The notes beneath the pieces are model-generated. The model was not told where the DNA came from. It saw only the letters and a program-made list of their open reading frames with translations, and did no database searches. Below are positions 14,801 to 26,800 of a stretch of DNA of 51,337 bases, piece after piece; position 1 is the first letter of the stretch, and each line of letters opens with the position of its first letter. Both the position numbers and the translations under genes were made by a program. Source of the stretch: Clostridia bacterium (GTDB lineage: Bacteria > Bacillota > Clostridia > UBA1381); contig JAFQYK010000224.1 of the NCBI GenBank assembly GCA_017406485.1, forward strand, positions 1-51,337, read 5' to 3'.

Positions 14801-17800
14801 TTTTCTGTACTTACCTGACGGTAGAGGTTTGAACCCCAGGTGAATACGTCACCGCCGCGCGTCAGTGCCATTGCAAAACTGTTGCCCGCGCTGCCGCCTG
14901 CGGATATATCCTGTATAACACCTCGTACGCCGGTTTCATCGGTATCGTCTATGAAGAAGTCAAGTTTCGTCGGTACGTATGTGAATACCTCGTCACCCGG
15001 ATCCTCAGCGTCTACGGTCGATGCCTTGCCGCCGCCCGGAGTTACGATTACGCGTACATATGTGCTGTGCTTTGTGCCGTTTGAATCGGTTGATGCAATC
15101 TCTATAAATGCCTTACCTGTCTTTATGCCCTTAACCACACCCTCGTCGGTTACGGTTGCAACAGCCGTGTTCGAGGAGGTATAGGTCTTTGTAACCGCGT
15201 CGGGGATATATACGCCGATTGTCTGCTCGGCATTTCTCTCTACGGTCATTTCATTTCCGTACATTCCGAGACCGTTACCAAGCTGACCGTTGTTGTTGCG
15301 GCCCCAGGTGTAGAGGTTGCCGTCTACGTCAACAGCCATTGAGAAGTCTGCGCCTGCGGCAATCTTCTTGAACTTAACCTCACTGCCGTCAGCGTTTGTA
15401 ACGGTTACCTTCTGAGGCTTCATATCAATGCTGCCGAGTCTGCCGAGTCCAAGACCGAGCTGGCCGTAGGTATTGTCACCCCAAGCGTAAATTTCACCGT
15501 TTGCACGAAGCGCGAGCATAAAGTTCTCGCCTGCGGCAATCTGCGGATATGTCACGTACATTTCCTCAGGATAGAGGTAGCTGCCGTCCTCCTGCTTACC
15601 CATTGCGTCGCTGTCATCAGGCAGTGCGTATACGTGAACGTACATTGTCTTGCTTACGCCGGTATCTGTAGTGGTTGTAACCTTGATGTATGTCTTGCCT
15701 GTGCCTACGGCTGTAACCACGCCGGTGGAAGCGTCAACCGTCGCAATATCCGGATCAAGCGACTCAAAGGTGTTGGTCGCGTTCGTTGACGGATTTCTGT
15801 AGAGGTTGAAGCCTTGCTGAGCGCTTACGCCTATAGGCGCGGAGTTCTCAAGATGTCTTAGCGTCATCTCGTTACCCGTCGTAAGCTCTACGATGAGGTC
15901 TGCACCTACGAGCGATGCCTCCGGATAATCTGCCGTTACATCCTGATAGGAGAGCTGACCCTTATCATTCTTACCGAATGCCCATACGTCACCAAATCTG
16001 TTAGCGTAAGCCGAATATGCTCCGCCCACCGCAGATGACATACTTATAATATTGTTTGCATAAGCCTCGTAACCGTATCTCGGGTCAAGCGTTACAGACG
16101 GGTCTGCGTCAGCCGAAGTTGCGCCGAGGTTGGTTGTATTCTGGATAACCGCTCTCACATCCGAAATCGGATAAGTGCTTGCGCCTACCGTGCCTATGCC
16201 GAGCTGGCCGCTTGAAGCAAGACCGCCCATTACAGCCATTTCGTTATCGGTGCCGTCAGCGTCGTTATGCTGCGACTGTACGGCGAAGATGCTTCTGCCG
16301 CCGCCGGTGAGCATTGCCTCGGCAACGTTCGCCTGTCTGGTCGGCGCGGTGAGCGTTTCGGGCATTGCGCCGAACTCGTGATTGTTGTTAGCGCCCCAAG
16401 CGTAGAGTGCGCCTGTTCTGTCTTTATCAATTCTGGAGAGCTGGTCGATGTTATAGATTACAGCGAGCGTGTTCTCCTGACCCGCGCCTATTGTGAGCGC
16501 GCGGAAGCCGTCAAGCTCTGCCTTACCTGTTCTGTAATCCTCTGTATCCTCGTAGTCAGCGATACCATACTCGTATCTGTTACCCTTACCCATTGAGAAT
16601 ACCGAGCCGTCCATACGGAGGACGTGCGCAGTCGCGCCCTGGCCGATTGCAATCTGAGCGCCGCTGTCGGTAAGTCTTACAGGTGTGAAGTATGCTGCAT
16701 TGTGCGCTGAGCTTACCTGGTTCCAGGTGTTGTCGCCGGTGCCGTAAACTATACCGCTTGCCGAGAGGAAGAGCGAGAAGCCCTCGTCATTTGTAAGACC
16801 GCCTGTTGCCACGTCAACGATATTGGACAGGTAATCGGTTGCGCTTGCCTGTGTACCCTTCAGTACTCTCTGCGGAGTGCTGATCTTAGCGGCAGCGCCT
16901 TCACCGATACCGAGCTGGCCCTTGTCGTTGCGGCCCCAAGCCCATACCTCGCCGTCTGTGTCTACAGCGAGTACGCTGTGCGCGCCGGCGGCGAGCTTCT
17001 TAATTCTTACATCAACTGTATTGTCAAATTCATCAAGCTTTGTAATCGCTACCTGCTGCGGATAAATTGCAGTACCGAATATCTTACCGTTACCAAGCTG
17101 GCCGTACTCGTTAGAGCCCCAAGCCCAGACTGTTCCGTCAGGCTTCAGAGCATACGTCGTGTTCGCGCCGGTTACTACCTGCGGGTATGCGACGTTACCC
17201 AAGAACGCGTCCGCGGCGTTGGCAAACAGGCCGGTACTTACGAGCTGCTCGTCGTTCGGGCGTACCTCAATTCTGAAGGAGCCGACTGTCTGAGCGTCAT
17301 CCTTTAAGGATACGATTACGTAGGTTGTGCCGATTTCATTTGCTGTGATGATTGCCTGTCTCTTACCTGCCGGTGAAGGAGTCAGATAATCTATCGAAAC
17401 TATATTTTCATTAGGAACAATATTACCGCTTGCGTCGGAGCTGCTGTTCCAGGTCTGCCAGATGAGGTCATACTCGTCTGACGGTGTGCCGGAAGCGCCT
17501 TCAAGCAGGTTGAAGGAAGCTATCGGCGGATTTTCAAGTACGAGTACGCCGTCCTTCTTCATTGAGTAGGTGAACTGGCTGAACTTGAAGTACGATACAC
17601 CGGTGCGGACAGGTGTGTATCTCGTTGTGTTGGTGTTGTCGCCAAGGAGACCTGTCTCATTTTCACCGTATGACCATACGGCGCCGTTGTTTGTAACGGC
17701 GATTGATCGCTCGCCAACCATCTTAGTCGCATTGGACGGGTAGTGGCTTGAGAAGATACCGTTTGTTACGAGCATTACATTCTTAATGCCGCCTCTGATA

Positions 17801-20800
17801 TCCGACTTACCTGCCATTACGCGGTCTATGCCGAGAATTACACTGCCGTCATTTGCAATGTATTCAGGCTGCTCTACATAGATAGGCTGACCGTTTTCGT
17901 CAAGCGCAGGATCGCCGTTTTCATCAAGTACCTGTACGGTTACGGTTCCGCCTGTCGTGATATGGTCACGGCCGAGCGGTGAACCGTACGCGCCGGCTGC
18001 CCAAAGGTTACCGCGTGTTGAGCGGTCGGCTGTGTAGAGAACGTTACCCTCGGCGTCCTTCTCACCGTAGTCTGCGATTTCGTCACCGCCGTCACGGTAG
18101 AATACCTGAACGTAGGTTGAGATGTCACCGCCGAGCGGGAAGGAGTCAACCGGTGTCTTGTTAAACGTGCCAGTTTCGTCGTTCCAGTCACCGCGCCACG
18201 AGAAGTTATACGCCTTAACAGGCGCTCTGTAGTCGCCGTTATTTCTTACTGCCGCATCAGCCGCGTCTGCGCCGTAGCCGAGCTGGCCGTTTCCGAGGTC
18301 ACCCCACATATCAACGTCACCGTTTATGAGGATAGCGCCGATATTATCGGGACCTGCAAATACCGCAAGCGCTCTCTCCTTAAGAAGTGCGCGGCTCGGA
18401 AGAGTTGACTCAAGGTCACCGATACCGTATACGCCTCTTGCGTTTGAACCCCAGGTGACTACCTGACCGTCGCGCTTTAAGACGTGCATTGCCGTACCTG
18501 CCTTGTCGCCTACGAGCTTATAGCTGTTCTTAAGGATTGTATTTGCGTTGGAAATGTTTCTCGGTATGAGTATCTGGCTTGTTGCAGCCGCCTGCGGTGA
18601 AACAACCTTGTTGTTGTTATTACCCCAGCCATATACATTACCGTCCATATCAAGAGCGTATGAATACTGAGTCGTCAGCGGAACAGACGCTGAGCCTGCG
18701 CCGGAAGCGGCGATGTCAATAATCATTGTACCTCTTGAGGTTGTGTCACTTGTTATATTGTCGCCGAGATAATGCTCTCTGCCGTTTACAAGTCTTGAAG
18801 TACCGTAAACCTTTACAGCATATCTCTGGATGTTGTAATCACCCTCGGACGCGTTACCGAGCGCGCCCTTGAAGCCTGTTCCCCAAGCGTATACGTGACC
18901 GTCGCTTGTAAGAGCAAGGTTGTGGTTACCGCCTGAAGCGATCTTGATTACATTTGTAAGAGCTGTCGGGCTTGAAGTCGGTGTCTCACGCTTCAGTACC
19001 TGTACAGGCTCGGTCGCGCTCTTGGAGCTGCCGTTACCGAGCTGGCCGTAAGCGTTGTCACCCCAAGCCCAAACCGTACCGTCACTCTTAAGCGCTATCG
19101 CGTGCTTCTCGCCTATCGCGGTCATCGGCATAACGTTGCTCTCGTCCTCGCCCGCGGGGATAACGTTGAGTTTGATTATACCAACGTTCTTGCGCGAGTC
19201 GCGCGCGATGAGATAGGTTACGCCTGTCTTATGACCTACGCGGAGTAAGCCGTGTGCGTCTGTTTCGGTATTCTTAATGCCGTTCTCACCCTGATACTCC
19301 GGCTCTTCGCCGTCAAATACGGCGATGTCGTGGTTAACGGATTCGAAGGTGAGGTTTCTCGGCTTGTATGCCGAGGTACCGAACAGAGTGAAGCCTACGA
19401 TACCTACAGCCTGCGAAATATCAATATTGATAATATCGCCCTCTCTTACGGCTGTTTCGATTACGCCGTCAAGAGCGCCGTCCTTACGGAGGATTGTGTC
19501 ATAATAGAACTTAATTCTGCCCTTATCCTCGCCGTTACGGATGAGAGTTGCCTCGGAGAAGTCGATGTAGTTGCCGCCGCCGTCCATAAGAACGCCTGCC
19601 GGATACGAACGGTTCTCCTGAGTACCGTCACCAATCTGTCCCTGGAGGTTAGAGCCCCAGGTGAAGATCTTACCTTCGTTATTGAATATGATTGCGTCAG
19701 CGCCTGAGGACGCAATGTCTATGCTAACTGCGTCAACAAAGGTACCTTCGGGGTTGAGCGGCTGGCTGTCGCCTGCCTTTAAGTGGTATTCACCTGTATA
19801 CTTAGCGTCAATAGACGGATCGTGTATACCAAGCATACCAACACCATCGTTGCCGGAGCTGCCGGCAACAACGTTTCTGTTGTCACCGAGAACAAATACA
19901 TCTGTGTAGGCGTCGGTTATATCCTCATCTTCATTTACTGCGATATGCTTAACCGTTACAAGACCGGTGTTGCCGACTGATACGCCCGCGGGTCTTGCGT
20001 CAGCGAACTCAATCGTGTCACCGTACTTGTTGAACCAGGTTGCAAGCGTCGGATCTGTGATAACCGGAGCGTAGCTTGCCTCGTTGGTTACATCATCAAC
20101 TGTGGTAGCCATACCGAGCTGGTTATACGTATTGTTACCCCAGCCGTATACCATCTGGCTTGTTACCTTCTTGCCCTTTTCGTCAATAACCGGAAGGTCA
20201 CCGGTGGTTATAGCAAGCACGCTGTCAGCGCCGGCTGCCATTGTTACGAACTTTTCGTTCGTATTTGCATACTGCAGGTAATTTGTATCAGCGTATGCAA
20301 GACCGGCACCCTCGTATACGGAGGAACCGAAGTTACCCGAAGCGTTAGCGCCCCAGGCGATTATGTCACCGCCCTTGGTGAGTATGTAGCTTGTGTTGTT
20401 TTCCGCGAATATTGCCGCGGGTCTTATATTTGAATTTATAAACAGTCTCTGCGGTCTCTTGACGTCAACCTTGGTACCGGGGCCGAGCTGCTGCTCTGTA
20501 CCGCGGCCGAAGGTGTAGATGTCGCCTGCGGAGGTAAGGAGCATAGTATGGCTCGCACCTACGGCTATATCAATTATACCCTCGATACCGTCAATATGTG
20601 TCGGCTCGCTTACTGTTGTCTTAGCGGCCGCGCCGAGACCAAGCTGGCCGTGGTCGTTAAGTCCCCAGGTGTATACGTTGCCGTCGGTTGTAAGAGCTAC
20701 CATAAATCCGTCACCGACGAGAGCTTTCTTAACACCGCTGCCTATTGCGATTGTCGGTGTTGTCGAGAACTTAACCTCGCTTGTGCCGAGACCGAGCTGG

Positions 20801-23800
20801 CCGTTCGTGTTGTCGCCCCAGGTGTAAAGGATACCGGAATCTGTTACAGCCGCCATTGAGTTGAAGCGTGTCGAGCCGCCCGAGGATACGGTCGGATATA
20901 CGATACTGTCACGCGGAACCGCAACGTCGTTCTTGTTGTCATACTGCGTATCCATCGGGAGTACGTTAATTCTGAGTATTCCCTTTGCATTTGAGCCGTC
21001 ACCTGTCGCGTTTACAACAATATATGTTGAGCCTATCTGGATAGGATCGTCAATATGCTCGGCAGGTCTTATGAGTATTCTGCCGGCATCGTCTGTTGTT
21101 ACCGTTACAATATCCTCGTCGAGTGACCATACCTCACCGCTTGCTCTTCTGCGGAGCGAATCGGTAATAAGGTTGAAGCTCGGGTCTGACTGAACTATGA
21201 GATTGGAAATATCATAGTCGAGTACGAGCTTTTCACTTCTCAAGAGGTTGATTTCGTACGGAAGTACGGTGTAGCCTTCTTCGTTCTTGTACTCTCTTAT
21301 CTTTGTATCCTCATCATAGAGGTTGGAGAGGTCGTCGCCTGTTATCGGGTCGGCGAGGTCCGGACGCTTTACAACGTAGCCGTTTGTAAGCTCAACAGAG
21401 TCTATGGTTCTGCCGATACCGACCGGTACGAGTCTGTCCTCACTGTTGTGCGTTGTTGTACCAAGCTGGCCCTTGTCATTCTCGCCGAGACCGTATACAT
21501 CGCCGTTTCTTCTTACGAGGAAGGTTGTGTTTGTACCTGCCGTTGTCCAGATGGCGTCTATTGAAGGTACATCCTCCTGCTCAAGAAGTACTACCGGTGT
21601 TGTATTTATAACCGCTTCACCGAGATTGTTAAGATTCTGACCCCAGGTGAGAACGTTAACCTTAACGTCGTCTTCTGTTATGTCACCGGGCTGCTGTTCT
21701 GTGTCTATAAGAAGGATTGCGTTCATATGGTTCTTGCCTACGGAAATCTGTCTTACTTCCCTGAGCTGTGAACCGTCGAGCATTATCTTCTTCGGCAGCG
21801 GAACAACGCTTGCCTGTGCGGCAGTCTTGCCCGTACCTGTCTGACCGTGTGAGTTATCACCCCACGACCAGGCTGTCATATCCGTCTTTATAGCGGTTGA
21901 GTTATTGTAGCCTGCCGAAATCTTTTCAACATCATTGATGTAGGTCATAACAGGCGAAATTCTGATATTTCTTACCGGTGTTACAACCGTGCTGTTATCA
22001 TACGGAAGCGGCTTGCTGTCAGCCGTGTTCACGGTGTAATATGTCCAACTGATTGTTTCACCGGAGGTTTCCTCGCCGAGCTGGCCGTAGGTGTTGTCAC
22101 CCCAAGCCCATACGCTGCCGTTCTTATCGAGCGCGAGCATATGGTTGGCGCCGGCTGAAATGGAAACGATGTTTTCAAGGTATGTTGTTGTACTCTGGCT
22201 GATACCCTTCTTAACTCTCTGCGGTGTTGCAACGTAGCTTTCGGTTGACTCGATACCGAGCTGACCGTAGGTGTTGTCACCCCAGATCCACACATATCCG
22301 CGGTCGTCAAGAGCTGCGGTGAACTTATCGCCCGCAGTGATGTCAACAATACCCGTCAGATGCTCACCTGAATTGGATACGGCTACTACTGACGGAAGGA
22401 GCTTTCTCGCCGCTGACGAGCCGAGCTGTCCGTTTTCGCCGTTACCCCAGGTGTATACCTTACCGTCCTCGGTAAGCGCTACAGAGTGCGTAAGTCCCTG
22501 TGCAACCTTGATAACCTTGTCAAGGTAGCCGTCACTTGACGGGTTACGTACCTGTATCGGCGACGTTGAGGACGTATCCTCACTGCCGGCGCCGTTACCG
22601 AGCTGGCCGTAGGTGTTGTCGCCCCAGGTCCATACGGTGCCGTTCGCCATAAGAGCTATGGAGTTAAGGCCGTTCGTGGAAACCATAGGAGCTGTGAATA
22701 TGTCATTGTCAAATTCTGTGTCAATTTCATCCGCGCTGAGATCGACATCCGCGTCAATATCCGAGGCCTTGAACTGAAGCTCGAAGGTCTGGGAGATATT
22801 TCTCGTTCTGTCTCTCACGATAAGAGTTGTTACGGCATACTTCTGGCGGAGAGCTTTCTTCGTCGGTGTTACGAGCCAGTCATCCGATACCTCGAACAGG
22901 CTGCTGTCAGCCGCTACCATATAGATATCCTCTACCTGGAAGATGTCTGTATCGTTATCGGTTACGCTGTTCAGATAGAATCTCAGCTCATCATATACCG
23001 CGCTCTTATCGAGTGCGAGCTGCTGTACCTTGCCGCGCTTGTTGTTTGTTAGTGTGATTGTTCTGGGCAGGACATTGTTATTTATTGCATAGTGTGTTAC
23101 TTCCGCTGTGTCGAGCTCGTTTGCTATACCGAACAATCTGAAGCCCGAAAGCTCCTCCGGTATATCATCAGAAGCTGTTTCCTCGGAGTAAATCTTGTTG
23201 ACTTCAATCTCATCGCTTGCAGCCATCAGGCTGAAGGTCGGGAATTTGTCAACCGTTATAACCTCGTTAGGATCGTCTATCGTATCGGTTACTATCCAGG
23301 CATTCTTAACAACGAGCTTTGAGTTTGCACCCGAAGCAACGGGTACAAGCTGATCGTCAAAGGTGCTGTTGCCGAGCTGACCCTTGTCGTTTCTGCCCCA
23401 CGCGTAAGTATTACCGTCCTTTGAAAGCGCTATCGAGTAGCCCTCGCCGGAGTTAACCGAAATCATATCGAGAAGGTCGCTCTGCATTACCGGATAGAAG
23501 CTGTCATACTTCGGCATTGCAGGATCGGGCTGCTTATATGTTGTAGCAGTACCGAGCTGACCGTAGGTGTTCTTGCCCCATACGTATACGCGGCCGTTTC
23601 TGTCAACCGCCATTGCGTTCTGCGAGGATGCCGCGATTACGCTTCCGCCTATTGAAGCCTTCTCCGCCTGATCCTGAGGTCTCATAATATTGTCGAGATA
23701 ACCGTCACCGGCGATACCTCTTACCTGTACAGCCTGAGTATGAACGTTTGTATCGTTTGTACCCTGACCGAGCTGGCCGTAGGTGTTGTCACCCCATACC

Positions 23801-26800
23801 CAAACCTTACCGTCACGGTCAACAGCCATTGACATATCACCGTATGCCGCAACTGCTACCGCGTTGGTTATCGCTCCTGAACCGTCAGCCTTCTGTACCT
23901 TGTTATACTGGCGGGCAGAGATGGAATTATTTGTTCTTACTCCGTTTACGGTTACCTGTACAGAGCTTGTGTTTGTTGTATTGCCGTTACCGAGCTGACC
24001 CTTGTTGTTTGCGCCCCAGGTAACAACTGTACCGTATGACGGATCTGTGCCGTCCTTCAATATTGCAACGATGTGGTTATCACCGGATGCAACGTCTATG
24101 AAGTGTTCTGTGTTAAGACTTGCGTCAAGGATACGTCCTCTTCTGCCGTACAAATCACCGAACGGTGTCGTTGTGGCAGTCGGCGCAGCCTCTGAATATG
24201 ACCACTGCGGACCGAGCTGGCCGTAGGTGTTGTTACCCCAGGTGTAGAGTCTGTTTACGTCATCTCTTGAATTATCTCTGTAGGTTGCGATAACTGCAAC
24301 GTGGTTAGCGCCGAGAGATACCTTATCCGGTGTTATAATATCCGTGCTGTTCTTAAACAGCGCCGTTACAGGTGTAGGATACGGCAAGATTGTATTGCCG
24401 GCTGTGTTCTGTACACCAAGGATGTTGCCTGTGTTATCACCCCATACATAGAGTACGTGGTCTGAATCAATAGCCGCTGAGCGGTTGCCGTATGCGGCTA
24501 TTGATATAATTCTCGTCATAGTCTTCTTGTTCATATTATCCTGACCAAGACGAACCTGACGCGGTACGAACGAGCTTGTTTCAGCGCCGTATACGCCGTT
24601 ACCGAGCTGACCGTAGGTATTATCACCCCAAGCCCAGAGGGTACCGTCTGCGCGGAGTACGAGAGTATGGTTATAACCGGTTACTATCATACTGTCGGCT
24701 TCTGTTACGCCGCCCGAAGCGTCCGTTACCTTAACCTTGAAGCTGAAGGTGCTTCCAAGGATATTGTCTGTTATTGTAATAGTTGCCTGACCGGATCTGC
24801 CGTTGCCGGTAATTCTGCCGTTTGCGTCAACTACTACCTCTGTCGGGTTGGAGGAGGTGAAGGTGAGTCTGTCACTCGTCATCTCAAAGCCCGTTCTGTC
24901 AAATACGCCTATGCTCTCAACATACGCGTCACCGAAGATTCTATCCGGATAAATCTGCAGAACTCTTGAGGACGGGTTAAGCTCTATGGTGTCATTCTCC
25001 ATAAGCGGGTTAGCCATCATAAATCTAACCTGCTTCTCTCTCGCTTCCTTCTCGGAGTCAGAGAGGGTTGTATCTCTTGCGATTATGTCCGCAACAGCCT
25101 CGTCGTTCTCATAGATGTCGGCGTATACAACCTTCAGGTTGCGCTCGTCTGTTTCCTTATAGAGAACAGGCGTGTGGAGCGACTCATCTGCCGAGCTTCT
25201 GTTCCAGGTATATGCTGTGCCGTCTGCCTCGGCAACATAGATATTGTTACCCTTTGAGTACATTCTCACAATGCCCGTGAGGTTACCGTCACTGTCGCCG
25301 GCGCTCTTGCCCGCGGTCATAAGTACCGGAGCTGTGAGACCATCGCCCCATACGTATACTCTTCCGTCATCCGTAAGAGCTGCGCCGCCGTTTGCGGTTG
25401 CGGCAATCTGCTTAGCCTTAAGCTGTGTACCGTTAACCATTACTGCCTGCTCGATATGGCTCTGCTTTAAGGTGCCCATAGCGAGGTTACCCTCGGCATT
25501 AGAACCCCAAGCCCATACCTTGCCGTCATTGTCAAGGGCGATTACGTGCTCAATACCTGCCGCAATCTGAGTTACGGTAATACCGTCGAAGGTAATTGCG
25601 CTTGTTACCGGCGTAGCGCGCTGGATATTTGCCTTATAACCCGTCTGACCGCGGAGGTTAGCACCCCAGGAGTAAACCTGACCGTCTGAGGTGAGTACCA
25701 CAACGAAGCGGTCACCTACGCTAACCTGAACAATCTTGTTCGTGTCAAGACTGTTGCCGGTTACCTGACCGGGTTCTGTTATGTCATTTGTAATCTTTCT
25801 GCCGAGCTGAGCGGAGCTGTTTCCGTTTTCAACGTCAAGACTCCAGGTCCATACTGTACCGTCATTTCTGAGCCATACGTTTACGTCCTCGTCATTGGTG
25901 TACGGTGAGGAGTATACGCCCGGTTCTGCCTTCGGCTTGCCGCTGTTTCTTACGGATACCTTCACAAAGGACTCGCGGCCTGTTGTTTCTTCAACTATCT
26001 TTATGAGAGTTGTGCCGAAGCCGTTGGTCTTTGTCGCTGTCGGAAGTATTACAAGACCTGTATTTTCATCAACGTCTATAACTGACGGGTCAAGCGAGTA
26101 ATACTTCACATCCGCCGCTGAAGCGTAATGTACTGTTGTGTCGTTTGACGAGAAGAGGTTAAAGTCAAGGTTTGCAGCCGTGAGAACAACCTTTGAATTG
26201 TCAAACTTAAGTGTATCTGTCGGTTCAATTTCTATATTGTAGGGGAGTTTGATTGCGCTGCCGTTCAATATAGCGTCGGTTGCCGCCATACCGTTCTTGT
26301 CATCAAGTCTTATAAGCGTCGCGGTAAGCGCTCTTTCAGCAAGCGCGCCTGTCTCGGCGTCTCTGCCGATACCGAGCTGACCCTCGCTGTTATTACCCCA
26401 GCCGTATACAAGACCGTTTGAGGTTACACCGTAGGAGGTGGTGTAGCCGGCGCCTATGCCCCACATATTAACCATATCATCTGAAGCGTTCGCGCTTATC
26501 TGGCCTGCCTTTGCAGCCTGCGGTCTGAGCGCTTCGAGATGTGTTCCGTCACCGAGCTGGCCGGAACCGTTAGCGCCCCATACCATAACTGCGCTGTCCT
26601 TAGTCATTGCGACAACGTGGTTATAGCCGAGAGCGACATATTCAAATTTGTATTCCTGTGTATTGTTTGCGTCCTTATATGCTATGAGCTTAGCCGGAGC
26701 GGTTACGCTGCTCTTTGAGCTGTCACCGTTGCCAAGCTGACCGTAGGTGTTATCACCCCAGATATAGAGGCTGCCTTCATCTGTCACAATCGCGCTGTTT

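Larger units (their letters stand above)
4448..23796. repeat. Dispersed identical 29-bp direct repeat CCGAGCTGGCCGTAGGTGTTGTCACCCCA (encodes WGDNTYGQLG)
   Basis: Exact copies at 4448-4476, 22076-22104 and 23768-23796. Near copies with 1-2 mismatches at e.g. ~15455, 22256, 22598, 24212, 31072 and 47822. Confidence 0.85.
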
